From an uncultured Verrucomicrobiae bacterium (GTDB taxonomy: Bacteria; Verrucomicrobiota; Verrucomicrobiia; Limisphaerales; UBA11358): 64,000 bases of DNA. The first letter of the stretch is position 1, and the number at the start of each line of letters is the position of its first letter. The notes beneath the pieces are model-generated. The model saw only the letters and a list, made by a program, of their open reading frames with translations. It was not told the origin of the DNA and did no database searches. The stretch is from NCBI GenBank assembly GCA_963806905.1, contig CAWEAA010000003.1, positions 785 through 64,784 of the forward strand, read 5' to 3'. This document shows, in pieces, positions 36,759 through 46,548 of this stretch. Made by a program: the position numbers and the translations under genes.

Positions 36759-38081
36759 TCATTTTGCCGCTGTTCCTTCCGGTTTGGACAGATCGTCGTA
36801 AAGCAGGATGCCCCGGAGCAAATCCTCGGCGCGGGTGAGTTGCGGGTCCTGGATTTTTGAGAGTCGCACCTGATTGGTTTCATTGAGCGATTCAAATCCG
36901 CCGGGCGCGCGCTTGAATTGCAACAGGGCCTCCTCATCGTCGCTCATCGGCACGACGATGTCCGGCGTGATGCCGTGCTCGTGGATGACCCGGTGGCTGG
37001 GTGTGTAATACTTCGCCGTTGTGAGCTTGAGGGCGGAGCCGTCTTCGAGGGGAAAAATGCTCTGCACCGAGCCTTTGCCGAACGTCTTTTCACCGAGAAT
37101 GATGGCGCGATGCAAATCCTGCAGACAGCCGGTGACGATTTCCGATGCGCTGGCGCTGCTCAGGTTGACCAGCACCACGATGGGCATGCCATGCAATTCG
37201 TCGCCGCGTCCCGCCGACAGCCGGACGGAATTTTGCGCGGAGTCGCGGCCTTCGGTGGAAACAATCAACTGGCCGCGTGGAAGAAATTTCTGGCAAACGT
37301 TCACCGCCTCGTCGAGCAACCCGCCGGGGTTCCAGCGCAAATCGAGAATCAACGCCTTCATGCCTTGAGCCTGGAGCTTTCGCAATGCGGCTTCGAGTTC
37401 GTCGCCGGTTTTGTCGCCGAATTGGGCGATGCAGATGTAACCGATTTCGTCATCGTTGAGCGGGAATCCCTCTTTGCCGTTGATGTCCTCGACCATTTTC
37501 GTCTGAATGACGTCGCGTGTGAGCGTGTAACTCTTCACCATGCCGGATGACGGTCGTTGAATGGTCATGGTCACCTGTGTGCCCGCCTTGCCACGCAGTT
37601 TTTTCACTGCGTCCTCCAAAGGCATATTCACCGCGTCTTCGCCGTTGATTTTGATGATGCGGTCGCCGGCCAGGATGCCCGCGCGGAATCCCGGCGTGTC
37701 TTCCATCGGCGTGATGACGGTCACGTAATTGCTCCGCACCGTGACGTAGAGCCCGAGTCCGCCGAACTGTCCCTCCGTGTCATCCTGCAAGTCGTGATAG
37801 GCGGCGGGGTCCAGGAATTCGCTGTGCGGGTCGAGCACCTTGACCATGCCTTTTGCCGCCGCGTAAGTCAGGTCTCGATACGTCAGGTTCTGGCCGTCCA
37901 CGTATTCCGTGCGTACTTTTTGGAGCACGTCCGAAAACAAGTCCAGATTCTGATCCATGGTGTCGTTCTTCTCCGCCGCACGCGCAGAACCCAAATAAAT
38001 CCACGCACCGACGAGAAAATTCACCGCCAGCACCAAGATCACCAGACCGTAAATCAAACGACGTTTCATAAACTTCGGCAC
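36759..38081 (-). CDS. ctpA: S41 family C-terminal processing peptidase
   Basis: PDZ domain (GILAGDRIIKINGE) and S41 catalytic region (LVNLSSASASEI...GEKTFGKGSVQ). Confidence 0.9.
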   Translation of the reverse strand: MPKFMKRRLIYGLVILVLAVNFLVGAWIYLGSARAAEKNDTMDQNLDLFSDVLQKVRTEYVDGQNLTYRDLTYAAAKGMVKVLDPHSEFLDPAAYHDLQDDTEGQFGGLGLYVTVRSNYVTVITPMEDTPGFRAGILAGDRIIKINGEDAVNMPLEDAVKKLRGKAGTQVTMTIQRPSSGMVKSYTLTRDVIQTKMVEDINGKEGFPLNDDEIGYICIAQFGDKTGDELEAALRKLQAQGMKALILDLRWNPGGLLDEAVNVCQKFLPRGQLIVSTEGRDSAQNSVRLSAGRGDELHGMPIVVLVNLSSASASEIVTGCLQDLHRAIILGEKTFGKGSVQSIFPLEDGSALKLTTAKYYTPSHRVIHEHGITPDIVVPMSDDEEALLQFKRAPGGFESLNETNQVRLSKIQDPQLTRAEDLLRGILLYDDLSKPEGTAAK

Positions 38082-38205
38082 GCTATCATAAAAACATCCA
38101 AACTCGAAGAAAAACTCAAACCCGACTCTGCAACGCGCGTAGCTTGAGACTGCCGCCGGAGCGCGAGTTGTCCCAACTCGCAGCGCTTCCGAAAAGCCAA
38201 CCGCT

Positions 38206-38225
38206 GCGGATTGAGGACAATCCGC
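38206..38225. repeat. GCNGATTG/CAATCNGC-type hairpin in the ispD-ctpA spacer
   Basis: GCGGATTG-agga-CAATCCGC. Same stem family as two of the palindromes inside hrpB. Confidence 0.6.
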
Positions 38226-38258
38226 GCTCCGCTGGCGGCAAGCGCGTCGGCGGCGGTG

Positions 38259-38945
38259 TCAAGTTGCGCCTTTCCGCAACAACGACTCGACGAACGGGAG
38301 GTCGCCGGGCACGGTGACCTTGGGATTGGGCGCAACCCGCGAAACGAGCCGGACTGGCTGGCCGATCAATTCGCACGCCGCCGTGTCGTCGGTGAACACC
38401 AGTTTGCGCTGCCGCGCCTCCATCAATGCACGGCGGATGACTTCGACGCGAAACGTCTGCGGCGTTTGCACCGACCAGAGCCGCGAACGGTCGAGGGTGC
38501 GTTGCACCAACCGGCCGTCGGCGGATTCCTTGATCGTGTCCGTCACCGGCTGGGCGGCGACGGCCGCGCCGGTTTCTTCAGCCCGCTTGATGGTCGCTGC
38601 AATCAACTCCTCGCTTGTGCAAGGCCGCGCCGCGTCGTGAATCGCCACGATTTCCGTCTTCGCCGACAACGCCTCCAGGCCATTCCAGACCGAGTCCTGC
38701 CGTTCTGCGCCGCCCACGACGATGCGGAAGGGCTTTTGAAATTTAAATTTTGCCGCCAGTTTCTCAAACGCCGGCTGCATTCCCTTGCGCACGACCAAAA
38801 CGATTTCGCCGATGCACTTCGCATCGTTGAAGCGCCGCCACGTGTGCGCGACGACGGGACGCCCGGCCACTTCGAGAAACAGTTTGTCCACCTTCGGTCC
38901 CATGCGGGAGCCTTTGCCGGCGGCGACCAGAATTGCGGCGTTCAT
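38259..38945 (-). CDS. ispD: 2-C-methyl-D-erythritol 4-phosphate cytidylyltransferase
   Basis: ILVAAGKGSRMG and IHDAARP motifs. ATG at 38945. Confidence 0.9.
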   Translation of the reverse strand: MNAAILVAAGKGSRMGPKVDKLFLEVAGRPVVAHTWRRFNDAKCIGEIVLVVRKGMQPAFEKLAAKFKFQKPFRIVVGGAERQDSVWNGLEALSAKTEIVAIHDAARPCTSEELIAATIKRAEETGAAVAAQPVTDTIKESADGRLVQRTLDRSRLWSVQTPQTFRVEVIRRALMEARQRKLVFTDDTAACELIGQPVRLVSRVAPNPKVTVPGDLPFVESLLRKGAT

Positions 38946-38956
38946 TTGAAATAAAA

Positions 38957-40759
38957 TCACGGCGATTTGGCCGGTTGCCAATCCAAAACTTTTAACTGCA
39001 CCGAGCGATTGCCATTGAATTCGTTCATTTGTGGTGCAAACGCCAGGTCAAACTTCCCGACGGGCAACGATTCGTTGCCGCCGTTCCACCAAACCGCTTC
39101 CAACACCGCGCCGCCCGCAGCGCCGTAGCCGCCAGGCGGCGAAGGCGTGTCCGTCACCCACATTTTCACGTGCTGCTTGTCCGCGCCGATGCGCTGGAGG
39201 GGACGCTGATGGGCCAGGTTGCGCGCGCAAAATTGCACCGATGGATTTCCCTGGCCCGTCGGTTTCAACCGCGCCAGCTTCCCGAGCGATTCCAAAGTGA
39301 TTTCATCCAGCCCGACCTCCGCGTCGAGACGCAACGACGGTTGCAGGTCATCCGGCTTCAATGCGCGTTGCGCAAGTTCATTCAAGCGTTGCCGCAGCAA
39401 ATCAATCTTGTCCGGCTGAATGCTCAAACCCGCCGCCATTGCGTGTCCGCCGTGCCGCACGAGCAAATCATCGCATTCCCCCAACGCCGCGGCCAGATCG
39501 AAACCGGCGATGCTGCGGCCCGAGCCGCGCCACTCCCCGCCTTCGCCGCCAATGATAATGGTTGGGCGGTAAAATTCCTGCAACACGCGCGACGCCACGA
39601 TGCCAACCACGCCGATGTGCCAGAGCAACTGGCCTTCGACGATGACGAAATCAGTTTGCGGGTTGAATTTCGCCCGCACCGCGCCGATGACTTCCTCGAC
39701 CATGCCGCGTTCGATTTTTTGACGTTCGCGATTGCGCGCGTCGAGATTTTGCGCCAGCGGCATGGCTTCAGCCAAATCGCGTGCGAGCAAAAGTTCCAAT
39801 GATTCTTCGGCGGTTTCGAGGCGGCCGGCGGCGTTCAGGCGCGGCGCCAGCTGGTAGCCGACTTCATACGTGCCGATGGGTGCGGATGATTCAGCGACTT
39901 TCTTCAATGCGACCAGGCCGGGCCTCTGCGTTTTGTCCAATCGTTCCAGACCGGCAGAAACGAGAATCCGATTTTCACCGGTGAGCGGCACGAGATCGGC
40001 AATCGTGCCCAGCGCGACCAGGTCGAGCAGCGGCTTCAAATCGAATTCCAACGCCCCGGGCAGGCCGGTTTGGCGTCCGCGTTTGATCAAGGCGTGGGCC
40101 AGTTTGAAAGCCAGGCCAGCCGAGCACAGTTCGGTGGATGCAGTTCGGAGTTCGGAGTTCGGAGTCCGGAGTTGGACCTGCGGATTGACAAGCGCAACCG
40201 CTTCGGGCGCCGGATGTGAAACCTGATGATGGTCGAGCACGATGACGTCCACGCCGCGTTCGCGCAACGAGCGGATAGTTTCAACGGCCGTCGAACCACA
40301 GTCCACGGCCAGCAGCAACCCGGCCGGACCGGTCGAGCCGGAGCCTTGCGGTTGCGGGAATTTCCTGAGGCAATTTTCAACGGCGTCCTGGCTGAGGCCG
40401 TAGCCTTCGTCCATGCGATGGGGCAGATAAAAATCCACCTGCCAGCCGAGCGAACGCAAGACTTCAAGGAGCAACGCGGTGGAGGTGACGCCGTCCACAT
40501 CGTAATCGCCGAAAATGAGGAGCGGTTCACCGCGTTCGCGCGCGAGCAGGAGCCGGTCAACGGCGGCGGCCATGTCCGGCAACCGAAACGGGTCGGCGAG
40601 ATTTTTCAGCCGCGGCTGGAGAAAATTCGAGATGGCGGACGGTTCGCTTAAACCGCGATTGAGCAGGCATTGGGCGAGCAGCGGCGAAATCTTGAGTTGT
40701 GACGCCAATTGGCCGGCAAGCAACGGTTGCGGGGGCGCGAGCGACCAGCGAAATTTCAT
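38957..40759 (-). CDS. recJ: single-stranded-DNA-specific exonuclease RecJ
   Basis: DHH motifs (IFGDYDVDGVTS, AVDCGS, VLDHH) and DHHA1 (GGHAMAAG). Confidence 0.9.
   Translation of the reverse strand: MKFRWSLAPPQPLLAGQLASQLKISPLLAQCLLNRGLSEPSAISNFLQPRLKNLADPFRLPDMAAAVDRLLLARERGEPLLIFGDYDVDGVTSTALLLEVLRSLGWQVDFYLPHRMDEGYGLSQDAVENCLRKFPQPQGSGSTGPAGLLLAVDCGSTAVETIRSLRERGVDVIVLDHHQVSHPAPEAVALVNPQVQLRTPNSELRTASTELCSAGLAFKLAHALIKRGRQTGLPGALEFDLKPLLDLVALGTIADLVPLTGENRILVSAGLERLDKTQRPGLVALKKVAESSAPIGTYEVGYQLAPRLNAAGRLETAEESLELLLARDLAEAMPLAQNLDARNRERQKIERGMVEEVIGAVRAKFNPQTDFVIVEGQLLWHIGVVGIVASRVLQEFYRPTIIIGGEGGEWRGSGRSIAGFDLAAALGECDDLLVRHGGHAMAAGLSIQPDKIDLLRQRLNELAQRALKPDDLQPSLRLDAEVGLDEITLESLGKLARLKPTGQGNPSVQFCARNLAHQRPLQRIGADKQHVKMWVTDTPSPPGGYGAAGGAVLEAVWWNGGNESLPVGKFDLAFAPQMNEFNGNRSVQLKVLDWQPAKSP
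40128..40176. repeat. tandem AGTTCGG heptamers inside recJ
   Basis: agttcgg tggatgc agttcgg agttcgg agttcgg agtccgg agttgga. Translated on the gene strand as QLRTPNSELRTAS. Confidence 0.8.
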
Positions 40760-40770
40760 TTTTTGTTTGA

Positions 40771-40843
40771 CCGCAGATTACGCGGAAGAACACGGATTAA
40801 AAACGAAAATGAATCCGCCCTGGAGAACCATGCCATCCGCGAT
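40771..40843. repeat. degenerate heptad-repeat hairpin in the terC-recJ spacer
   Basis: CGCAGATTACGCGGAAGAACACGGAT - taaaaacgaaaatga - ATCCGCCC...CCATCCGCGAT. The loop resembles that of the gcv copy (taaaaac...). Confidence 0.55.
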
Positions 40844-41809
40844 TTATATTTCCTTTTCACGTTGAGCGGCGGTGACGGACAGCGCGATGGAAATCAGAAA
40901 TATACCGGCCACGACCAGCAGCGAAACGCCCGTGGGAATTTCGATTTGGAACCATTTCGGTTCATGCCCGTGCGGATCGAGCAGCATTTTCACACCGACG
41001 AAGACCAGCACAGCGGAGAGGCCGGTTTTCAAATGGCGGAAATAATTGATGGCGCCGACGAGCACGAAATACAGCGAGCGCAGGCCGAGAATGGCAAAGA
41101 CGTTCGACGTGAAGACGATGAAGGGCTTGGTGGTCACGGCGAAAACCGCCGGGATGGAATCCAGCGCAAAAATCAGATCCATGATTTCCACCAGCCCCAG
41201 CACGAGCAGCAGCGGCGCGGGCGGGAGCCGGTCAATCCCACTGTGCGAAGCCGGTTGATTCCAGCCATCGGCATTGGCTGTGGCAGGAAAAAACCGGCGC
41301 GCGAGCCGGATGGCAATATTTTGTTCCGGCTGCGCCTTCGCATTGCCGGTGAAGAGCATCCGGCCGCCGGTGAAAATGAGAAAGGCGCCGAGGACGTAAA
41401 GAATCCAGTTAAAACTCTGGATGAGCGTCACACCGAGCGCAATCATCGCGCCGCGCATGATGAGCGCGCCGAGAATGCCCCAGAACAGCAGGCGATGCCG
41501 GGCCTCCTCCGGCACGCGGAAATAGGCAAAGAGCAGCGCGATGACGAAGATGTTGTCCAGCGACAACGAAAATTCAATGACATAACCGGTGGCAAATTCA
41601 ACGGCTTCCTCCCGTCCACGCCACTGGCCCAGCGCCACGGCAAACAGGAGTGACAACGCAACCCAAACCGCGCTCCACGCCAGGGCTTCCTTGAATTTGA
41701 CGGCACGCGCGCGCCGGTGAAACAGACCGAGATCGAGCGCGAGAAAAAAAAGAATGCAAAGGATGAAAATCGCCCAATGCGACGGCGTGATGGCGATCGG
41801 GCCGGACAT
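40844..41809 (-). CDS. TerC family integral membrane protein
   Basis: TerC pattern (FSLSLDNIFV..., IFALDSIPAVFAVT) with about nine TM helices. Confidence 0.85.
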   Translation of the reverse strand: MSGPIAITPSHWAIFILCILFFLALDLGLFHRRARAVKFKEALAWSAVWVALSLLFAVALGQWRGREEAVEFATGYVIEFSLSLDNIFVIALLFAYFRVPEEARHRLLFWGILGALIMRGAMIALGVTLIQSFNWILYVLGAFLIFTGGRMLFTGNAKAQPEQNIAIRLARRFFPATANADGWNQPASHSGIDRLPPAPLLLVLGLVEIMDLIFALDSIPAVFAVTTKPFIVFTSNVFAILGLRSLYFVLVGAINYFRHLKTGLSAVLVFVGVKMLLDPHGHEPKWFQIEIPTGVSLLVVAGIFLISIALSVTAAQREKEI

Positions 41810-41821
41810 GGCAATGGAAGC

Positions 41822-44359
41822 TCAGGTCTTCACCGTCGCGGCGCCTTGCATCGTCACCTGCGACGCGCCGATGGCCGGACGCTCGCCCTTGTGCCACCAC
41901 AACACGAACGCACTGGAAATGAAGACGCTCGAATATGTGCCGGTGATGATGCCGATGAGAAAGGTGAAGGCGAAATCGTTGATGACGCCGCCGCCCCAGA
42001 TGAACAGGCAGGCCGTGGCAATGAACACCGTTCCGCTGGTGATGATGGTGCGGCTCAACGTCTGGTTCAGCGCCTGATTGATGACTTCGCGGAACGTGCC
42101 GCGCACGCCGAGTTTCAAATTCTCCCGGATCCGGTCGAAGATGACGACTTTGTCGTTGAGCGAAAAGCCGATGATGGTCAGCACGGCGGCAACGACGGTG
42201 GCATTGAATTCGCGCCCCGAAACGGCATTGGCAATGCAGTAACAACCAATGGTCAGAAACACGTCGTGCACCACCCCGACAATCGCGCCGACGGCGAAGG
42301 AAAATTCGTAGCGGAACGCGACATAGACCAAAATGCCGAACATGGACATCAGACAGGCGAGAATGGCTGATTTCTGGATTTCCTTGCCCACGGTTGCGCC
42401 GACCTGCTGACGTCCGATGGCCTTGAATTGCGCCTGCGGAAAACCCTGGACAAGCGCCTGTTCAACCTTCTGCTCCGAACCGCTGGAAGTTGTCACACGC
42501 AGCGTTTCCATGCCGCCGCTTGCGTCCTTTTGGTATTGGATTTGCGCGTCCTTTTCACCGGTGCCGGTTATGGCGGAACGGATTTCATCCACGCCAAGCT
42601 TTTGCGTGAAGCTGAAAACAGTGCTGTCGCCGCCCAAAAAGTCCACGCCGAACAGTTTTTCGCCACGCCCGATAAAACCATAACCGAGCGATAAAAAGAT
42701 AAATGCCCACGTGGCGATGAACAACGGCGTAGCCGCCTTCATAAAATTGATTTTGGCGCTTCGGATGATGTGGAGCATCGGGAGTGACTTCAGCCAGTTG
42801 CGGTCGAGCAACCAGTTGAAAATCAGCCTCGTCACCACCAGCGCGGTGAACAGGCTCGCGGCCACGCCAATGGTCAGCGTGACACCGAACCCCTTGATTT
42901 CACCGGTGCCCATGAGAATCAAAATGATGGACGAAATGAGCGTCGTGACGTGCGAATCCAAAATCGTGCCGAACGCGCGGGCGTAACCGGCGTCAATTGC
43001 ACCACGCAGCGATTTGCCCTTGGCGAGTTCCTCGCGAATGCGCTCGTAAATCAGCACGTTGGCGTCCACCGCCATGCCGACGGTGAGCACGGCACCCGCA
43101 ATGCCCGGCAACGTGAACGTCGCGCCGATAGAGCACATGACCCCGAGCAGGATGATGATGTTGGTGATGAGCGCGACATTTGCCGCCATGCCCGCAATGA
43201 AGTAATAGACCAGCATGAACGCGGACACGAAAAGAACGCCGTAAATCGAGGCCTTAATGCCGCTGTGAATGGAGTCTTTGCCGAGCGTCGGGTCAACATC
43301 GTTGATAAAATCGATCTTTAGCGGCGCCTTGAGCGGATTTTGCAGGACATTCGCCAGTTCCTGCGCCTCTTCGATGGTGAAAGACCCGGTAATCTGGCCG
43401 CTGCCGCCTTCAATCGGGCTTTGAATGTTCGGCGCGGAATACAATTCGCCGTCCAGGATAATTGCCATGCGGTGACCAACATAATCCCGCGTGGTCCTGG
43501 CGAATTTCTTCGCGCCATCATCGTTAAGCGTGAAATCAATCTGCGGTTCGCCCAGGTTGCCACGCACGACCATCGAGCTTTTAACGATGTCGCCGGCCAG
43601 TCCGTTCACCGGCTTTTTGCTCACGATGACCTGCTCGGTTTTCGGCGGCGCACCGCCGGGTTGCGGTTCGATGTGTTTGAGCAATACATATCCCGGCGGA
43701 ATCGGCTGATGATTTGCGATGATTTCGTCGCTGTCATCTCTCACCATCCGAAATTCAAGGTAGGCGGTCTTTTGGATTTGCGTCTTGGCGCTTTCCTTGT
43801 CGGACGGTGACAAGCCCGGCAATTGAATAAGGATTTTGTTGCCGCCGGCGGATTGGATGACCGGCTCGGCCACGCCGAAACGGTCAATGCGTTTCCGCAA
43901 CACTTCCACCGCCTGCGACAGCGCCGCGCTCGTCAAGTCCGACTGCGACCGCACATTGTTGGTGTCCGCGTAAAGGACGTTCGTATCCATCGAGACCAGG
44001 AACGACGTGCCACCTTGCAAATCGAGGCCGAGCTTGATCCGGCCCGAAGCGTCGCGCTGCAGCTGGTTCAAGATGAACGTGTTCGGGTAAAGCTGGTCCT
44101 TCGCACTAAGGAACGGGAAATACGGCTGGAGATCGTTCGTGGCGGCGGCCACCTGCAAACACGCGAATTCAGCATTCGTCCCGGCTTTTTGAAGCAGTTC
44201 CACCCGCGCCAGAATGTTCGTGAACGTTGCGTCCTTGTTTTCCGCGCGCCGGGAAAACTCCTGCACCAAATCGCGCGCGGTGGGCGGATAAACTTCGAAA
44301 AGTGCCCAGAGGATGATGCAGATGACGAGGATGAATCTCCCAAAATTGTTTCTTCTCAT
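41822..44359 (-). CDS. secDF: protein translocase SecD-SecF fusion
   Basis: 845 aa. SecD periplasmic and TM half followed by the SecF half (DFLGGDSTVFSF..., SLNDKVVIFDRIRE). Confidence 0.9.
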   Translation of the reverse strand: MRRNNFGRFILVICIILWALFEVYPPTARDLVQEFSRRAENKDATFTNILARVELLQKAGTNAEFACLQVAAATNDLQPYFPFLSAKDQLYPNTFILNQLQRDASGRIKLGLDLQGGTSFLVSMDTNVLYADTNNVRSQSDLTSAALSQAVEVLRKRIDRFGVAEPVIQSAGGNKILIQLPGLSPSDKESAKTQIQKTAYLEFRMVRDDSDEIIANHQPIPPGYVLLKHIEPQPGGAPPKTEQVIVSKKPVNGLAGDIVKSSMVVRGNLGEPQIDFTLNDDGAKKFARTTRDYVGHRMAIILDGELYSAPNIQSPIEGGSGQITGSFTIEEAQELANVLQNPLKAPLKIDFINDVDPTLGKDSIHSGIKASIYGVLFVSAFMLVYYFIAGMAANVALITNIIILLGVMCSIGATFTLPGIAGAVLTVGMAVDANVLIYERIREELAKGKSLRGAIDAGYARAFGTILDSHVTTLISSIILILMGTGEIKGFGVTLTIGVAASLFTALVVTRLIFNWLLDRNWLKSLPMLHIIRSAKINFMKAATPLFIATWAFIFLSLGYGFIGRGEKLFGVDFLGGDSTVFSFTQKLGVDEIRSAITGTGEKDAQIQYQKDASGGMETLRVTTSSGSEQKVEQALVQGFPQAQFKAIGRQQVGATVGKEIQKSAILACLMSMFGILVYVAFRYEFSFAVGAIVGVVHDVFLTIGCYCIANAVSGREFNATVVAAVLTIIGFSLNDKVVIFDRIRENLKLGVRGTFREVINQALNQTLSRTIITSGTVFIATACLFIWGGGVINDFAFTFLIGIITGTYSSVFISSAFVLWWHKGERPAIGASQVTMQGAATVKT

Positions 44360-44365
44360 GGCGGT

Positions 44366-44725
44366 TCAGGATGCGGATGTGTCGCTGCTTTCAAGAATGT
44401 CCGTCACGGAAGATTTGGTCACTTCCATTTTGGCGTCGGCAGAACGGAGCGAAACGGTTTTGTCCTTCACAGTGATGACGACGCCGATGATGCCGCTGGA
44501 CGTGACAACCTTGTCTCCGGACTTGAGGTTGGCGAGCATGCGGGCCTGCTGCTTGGTGCGCTGTTGCTGCGGGCGGAACAAAAGGAAATACATCATTACC
44601 CCCATCAAAACCAGCAGCATGATGGGGCTGGCAAAGAGCGACTGCAAACCGGTCGGTTGTGGCGGCTGCGCCGGCGCCGAACCGGGTGCCTGCGCCAAAA
44701 ACACGTTCAAGCCATTTAAATGCAT
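44366..44725 (-). CDS. yajC: preprotein translocase subunit YajC
   Basis: FLLFRPQQQRTKQQARMLANLKSGDKVVTSSGIIGVVITV core. ATG at 44725; the track's 5' extension is rejected. Confidence 0.8.
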   Translation of the reverse strand: MHLNGLNVFLAQAPGSAPAQPPQPTGLQSLFASPIMLLVLMGVMMYFLLFRPQQQRTKQQARMLANLKSGDKVVTSSGIIGVVITVKDKTVSLRSADAKMEVTKSSVTDILESSDTSAS

Positions 44726-44963
44726 AATTAAAAAGTGGTCGGGTACTTTAGGCAAATTAACGCAATTGGCAAGTGTTATCCGTCGTCTTTCATTCGGTGT
44801 TCCGCTTTTGAGGGACTTCCAGGAAAACGAGCGAAGGCGGGGTGAAAGAAATCTTCGACACATCCATTTTTCTGAAAGGATTTGAACCGACTTCTCCGAT
44901 TTTGCGGACCGGTTGAGCAGTTTTGTTTGGAGGTTGTCAGGCGTGACTTACGCAGAAATTCGG

Positions 44964-45542
44964 TCATGGGGGCGCAGATTGTTGCTGGGAAAGGGGCAAA
45001 AACCTCAAAAGTTGACCAAATGAGCGGATTATCAGACCATTGCGAAGCATGTCAGAACCCCCAAGAAACCATTTCTCCGAATGGCGGGAATACGAAGCAA
45101 GGGTGTTTAGAGAGGCTCGCAAAGAAACCAGCAAAGCATCAATTGGAAGGGGGTTGGGGATAGGTGACATATAAGCACCGTAAACATGACCGGCTTCACA
45201 ATTAAAACTAATTTTATACTCTGACAGGGACTGTTCAGTGCCAGCAAGAAACCACAATCCCAAAGTATGATTTCCAGGCAAAAGTTCGATATGTGTCGAG
45301 TTATTATAAACGAAGGCCTTCGAAACGTTTGTTCCATCAATGCTTCGAATTAATATGGTATGCCCGTTCATCATATCACGCGGAACTGTAAGCAGACCCA
45401 CCTCATTTGTTGCTCGTTGCGGGCCTTGATACCAATTGATGTGTTCGCCGGTCGTCCCACAGCCAATCCACAAAAGTGATATTCCCAGCAAGGCCGCAAC
45501 CAATGCCAATTTTTTTGCGATGAAATTGGTTGAGTTCGACAT
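44964..45542 (-). CDS. putative lipoprotein, unknown function
   Basis: Lipobox LLWIGC. AT-rich. The last ~60 aa look like read-through, so the 3' end is uncertain. Confidence 0.45.
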   Translation of the reverse strand: MSNSTNFIAKKLALVAALLGISLLWIGCGTTGEHINWYQGPQRATNEVGLLTVPRDMMNGHTILIRSIDGTNVSKAFVYNNSTHIELLPGNHTLGLWFLAGTEQSLSEYKISFNCEAGHVYGAYMSPIPNPLPIDALLVSLRASLNTLASYSRHSEKWFLGGSDMLRNGLIIRSFGQLLRFLPLSQQQSAPP

Positions 45543-45767
45543 ATTGCGTCTGAAACAAAAATAACTTTGCCGGGGGACGATTTTTTGTCACGCACGAAAT
45601 GCCGCGTTTAATGACTTCCGACGACGGTCACAACCTCCGGCTCAACCCACTTGTTGTGTTCCTTGATGAGGTCAACGAGCCGTTCTACCGCTTCGGCTTC
45701 AGGGATGTTGAACTTGATTGGCGTTTTGCCGACGTAGAGATTGATCTTGCCGGGTGCGCCGCCCACG

Positions 45768-45802
<35 letters not shown>

Positions 45803-46099
45803 ATTCACGATGCAACCCATGATGGCAATCTTCACGCCCTTGAGATGCTCCGTGCGCGATTTGATGCGCGCGGTCACGGTCTGGAGGTTGAACAGCGTCC
45901 GCCCGCACGACGGGCACGCGACGTAATCGGTCTTGAAGCTGCGACACCCGGCGGCCTGCAAAATGTTATAGGCCAGGCGCAAGCTTTGTCCGCCGCCAGC
46001 TTCGCCGCGTATGAGAATCGCATCGCCAATCCCATCTGCCAGCAATGAGCCGATGACGACAGAGGCGCGGAGCAGGGCAATTTTCGGCTCAAGAGGAAA

Positions 46100-46162
46100 C
46101 CCCTCACCCGGCTTCGCCACCATCCTCTCCCCATCCGATGGGGCGAGGGACGGGGTGAGGGG
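46100..46162. repeat. GC-rich palindromic element inside ispG
   Basis: CCCCTCACCCggcttcgccaccATCCTCTCCCCATccgATGGGGCGAGGGAcgGGGTGAGGGG. Confidence 0.8.
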
Positions 46163-46527
46163 CGCGGCCAAAAAATTGATGCAATCTTTCAACAAAATGG
46201 GATTGTTCCGGCCAAGCCGTTTCAACTTCGACGCCAGCAGACGGAATGCAGTAATAGCTGGCAACTTCACGCCATCCTTGACCGTAACAAGTTGGGTTTC
46301 ACAGTTGATTTCGAAATCCCGTGTTGGATCAATCTCGGCGACGTTCAAATCTTCGTAAATCGCCTCCGGTTTCACGTCGTCCTTGGGCCGAATCTTCGGT
46401 GCGACCTTGTCCCACGTGGCGCGGGTGACAACTACGCGGATGAGTTGTCCGCCGCCGCATTTGGCGCCGTCGGCAAGTTCAATTTCCGGCGTTTCGCGGC
46501 GCTCAAAGTGGAATGGGTCGAATGGAA

Positions 46528-46548
46528 ATTCGGAGTTCGGAGTTCGGA
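46528..46548. repeat. tandem AGTTCGG-type heptamers inside ispG
   Basis: aattcgg agttcgg agttcgg. Same unit as in recJ; translated as RTPNSEF. Confidence 0.7.

Noticed and set aside
40128-40176. CRISPR-like arrays among the many short repeats
   Set aside because: The units are 6-18 nt and tandem without unique spacers. No 24-40-nt repeat/spacer periodicity and no cas genes occur anywhere in the window.
41810-41821. Possible yybP-ykoY (Mn) riboswitch upstream of the TerC-family gene
   Set aside because: The gene starts 12 nt after the secDF stop, leaving no room for a leader.
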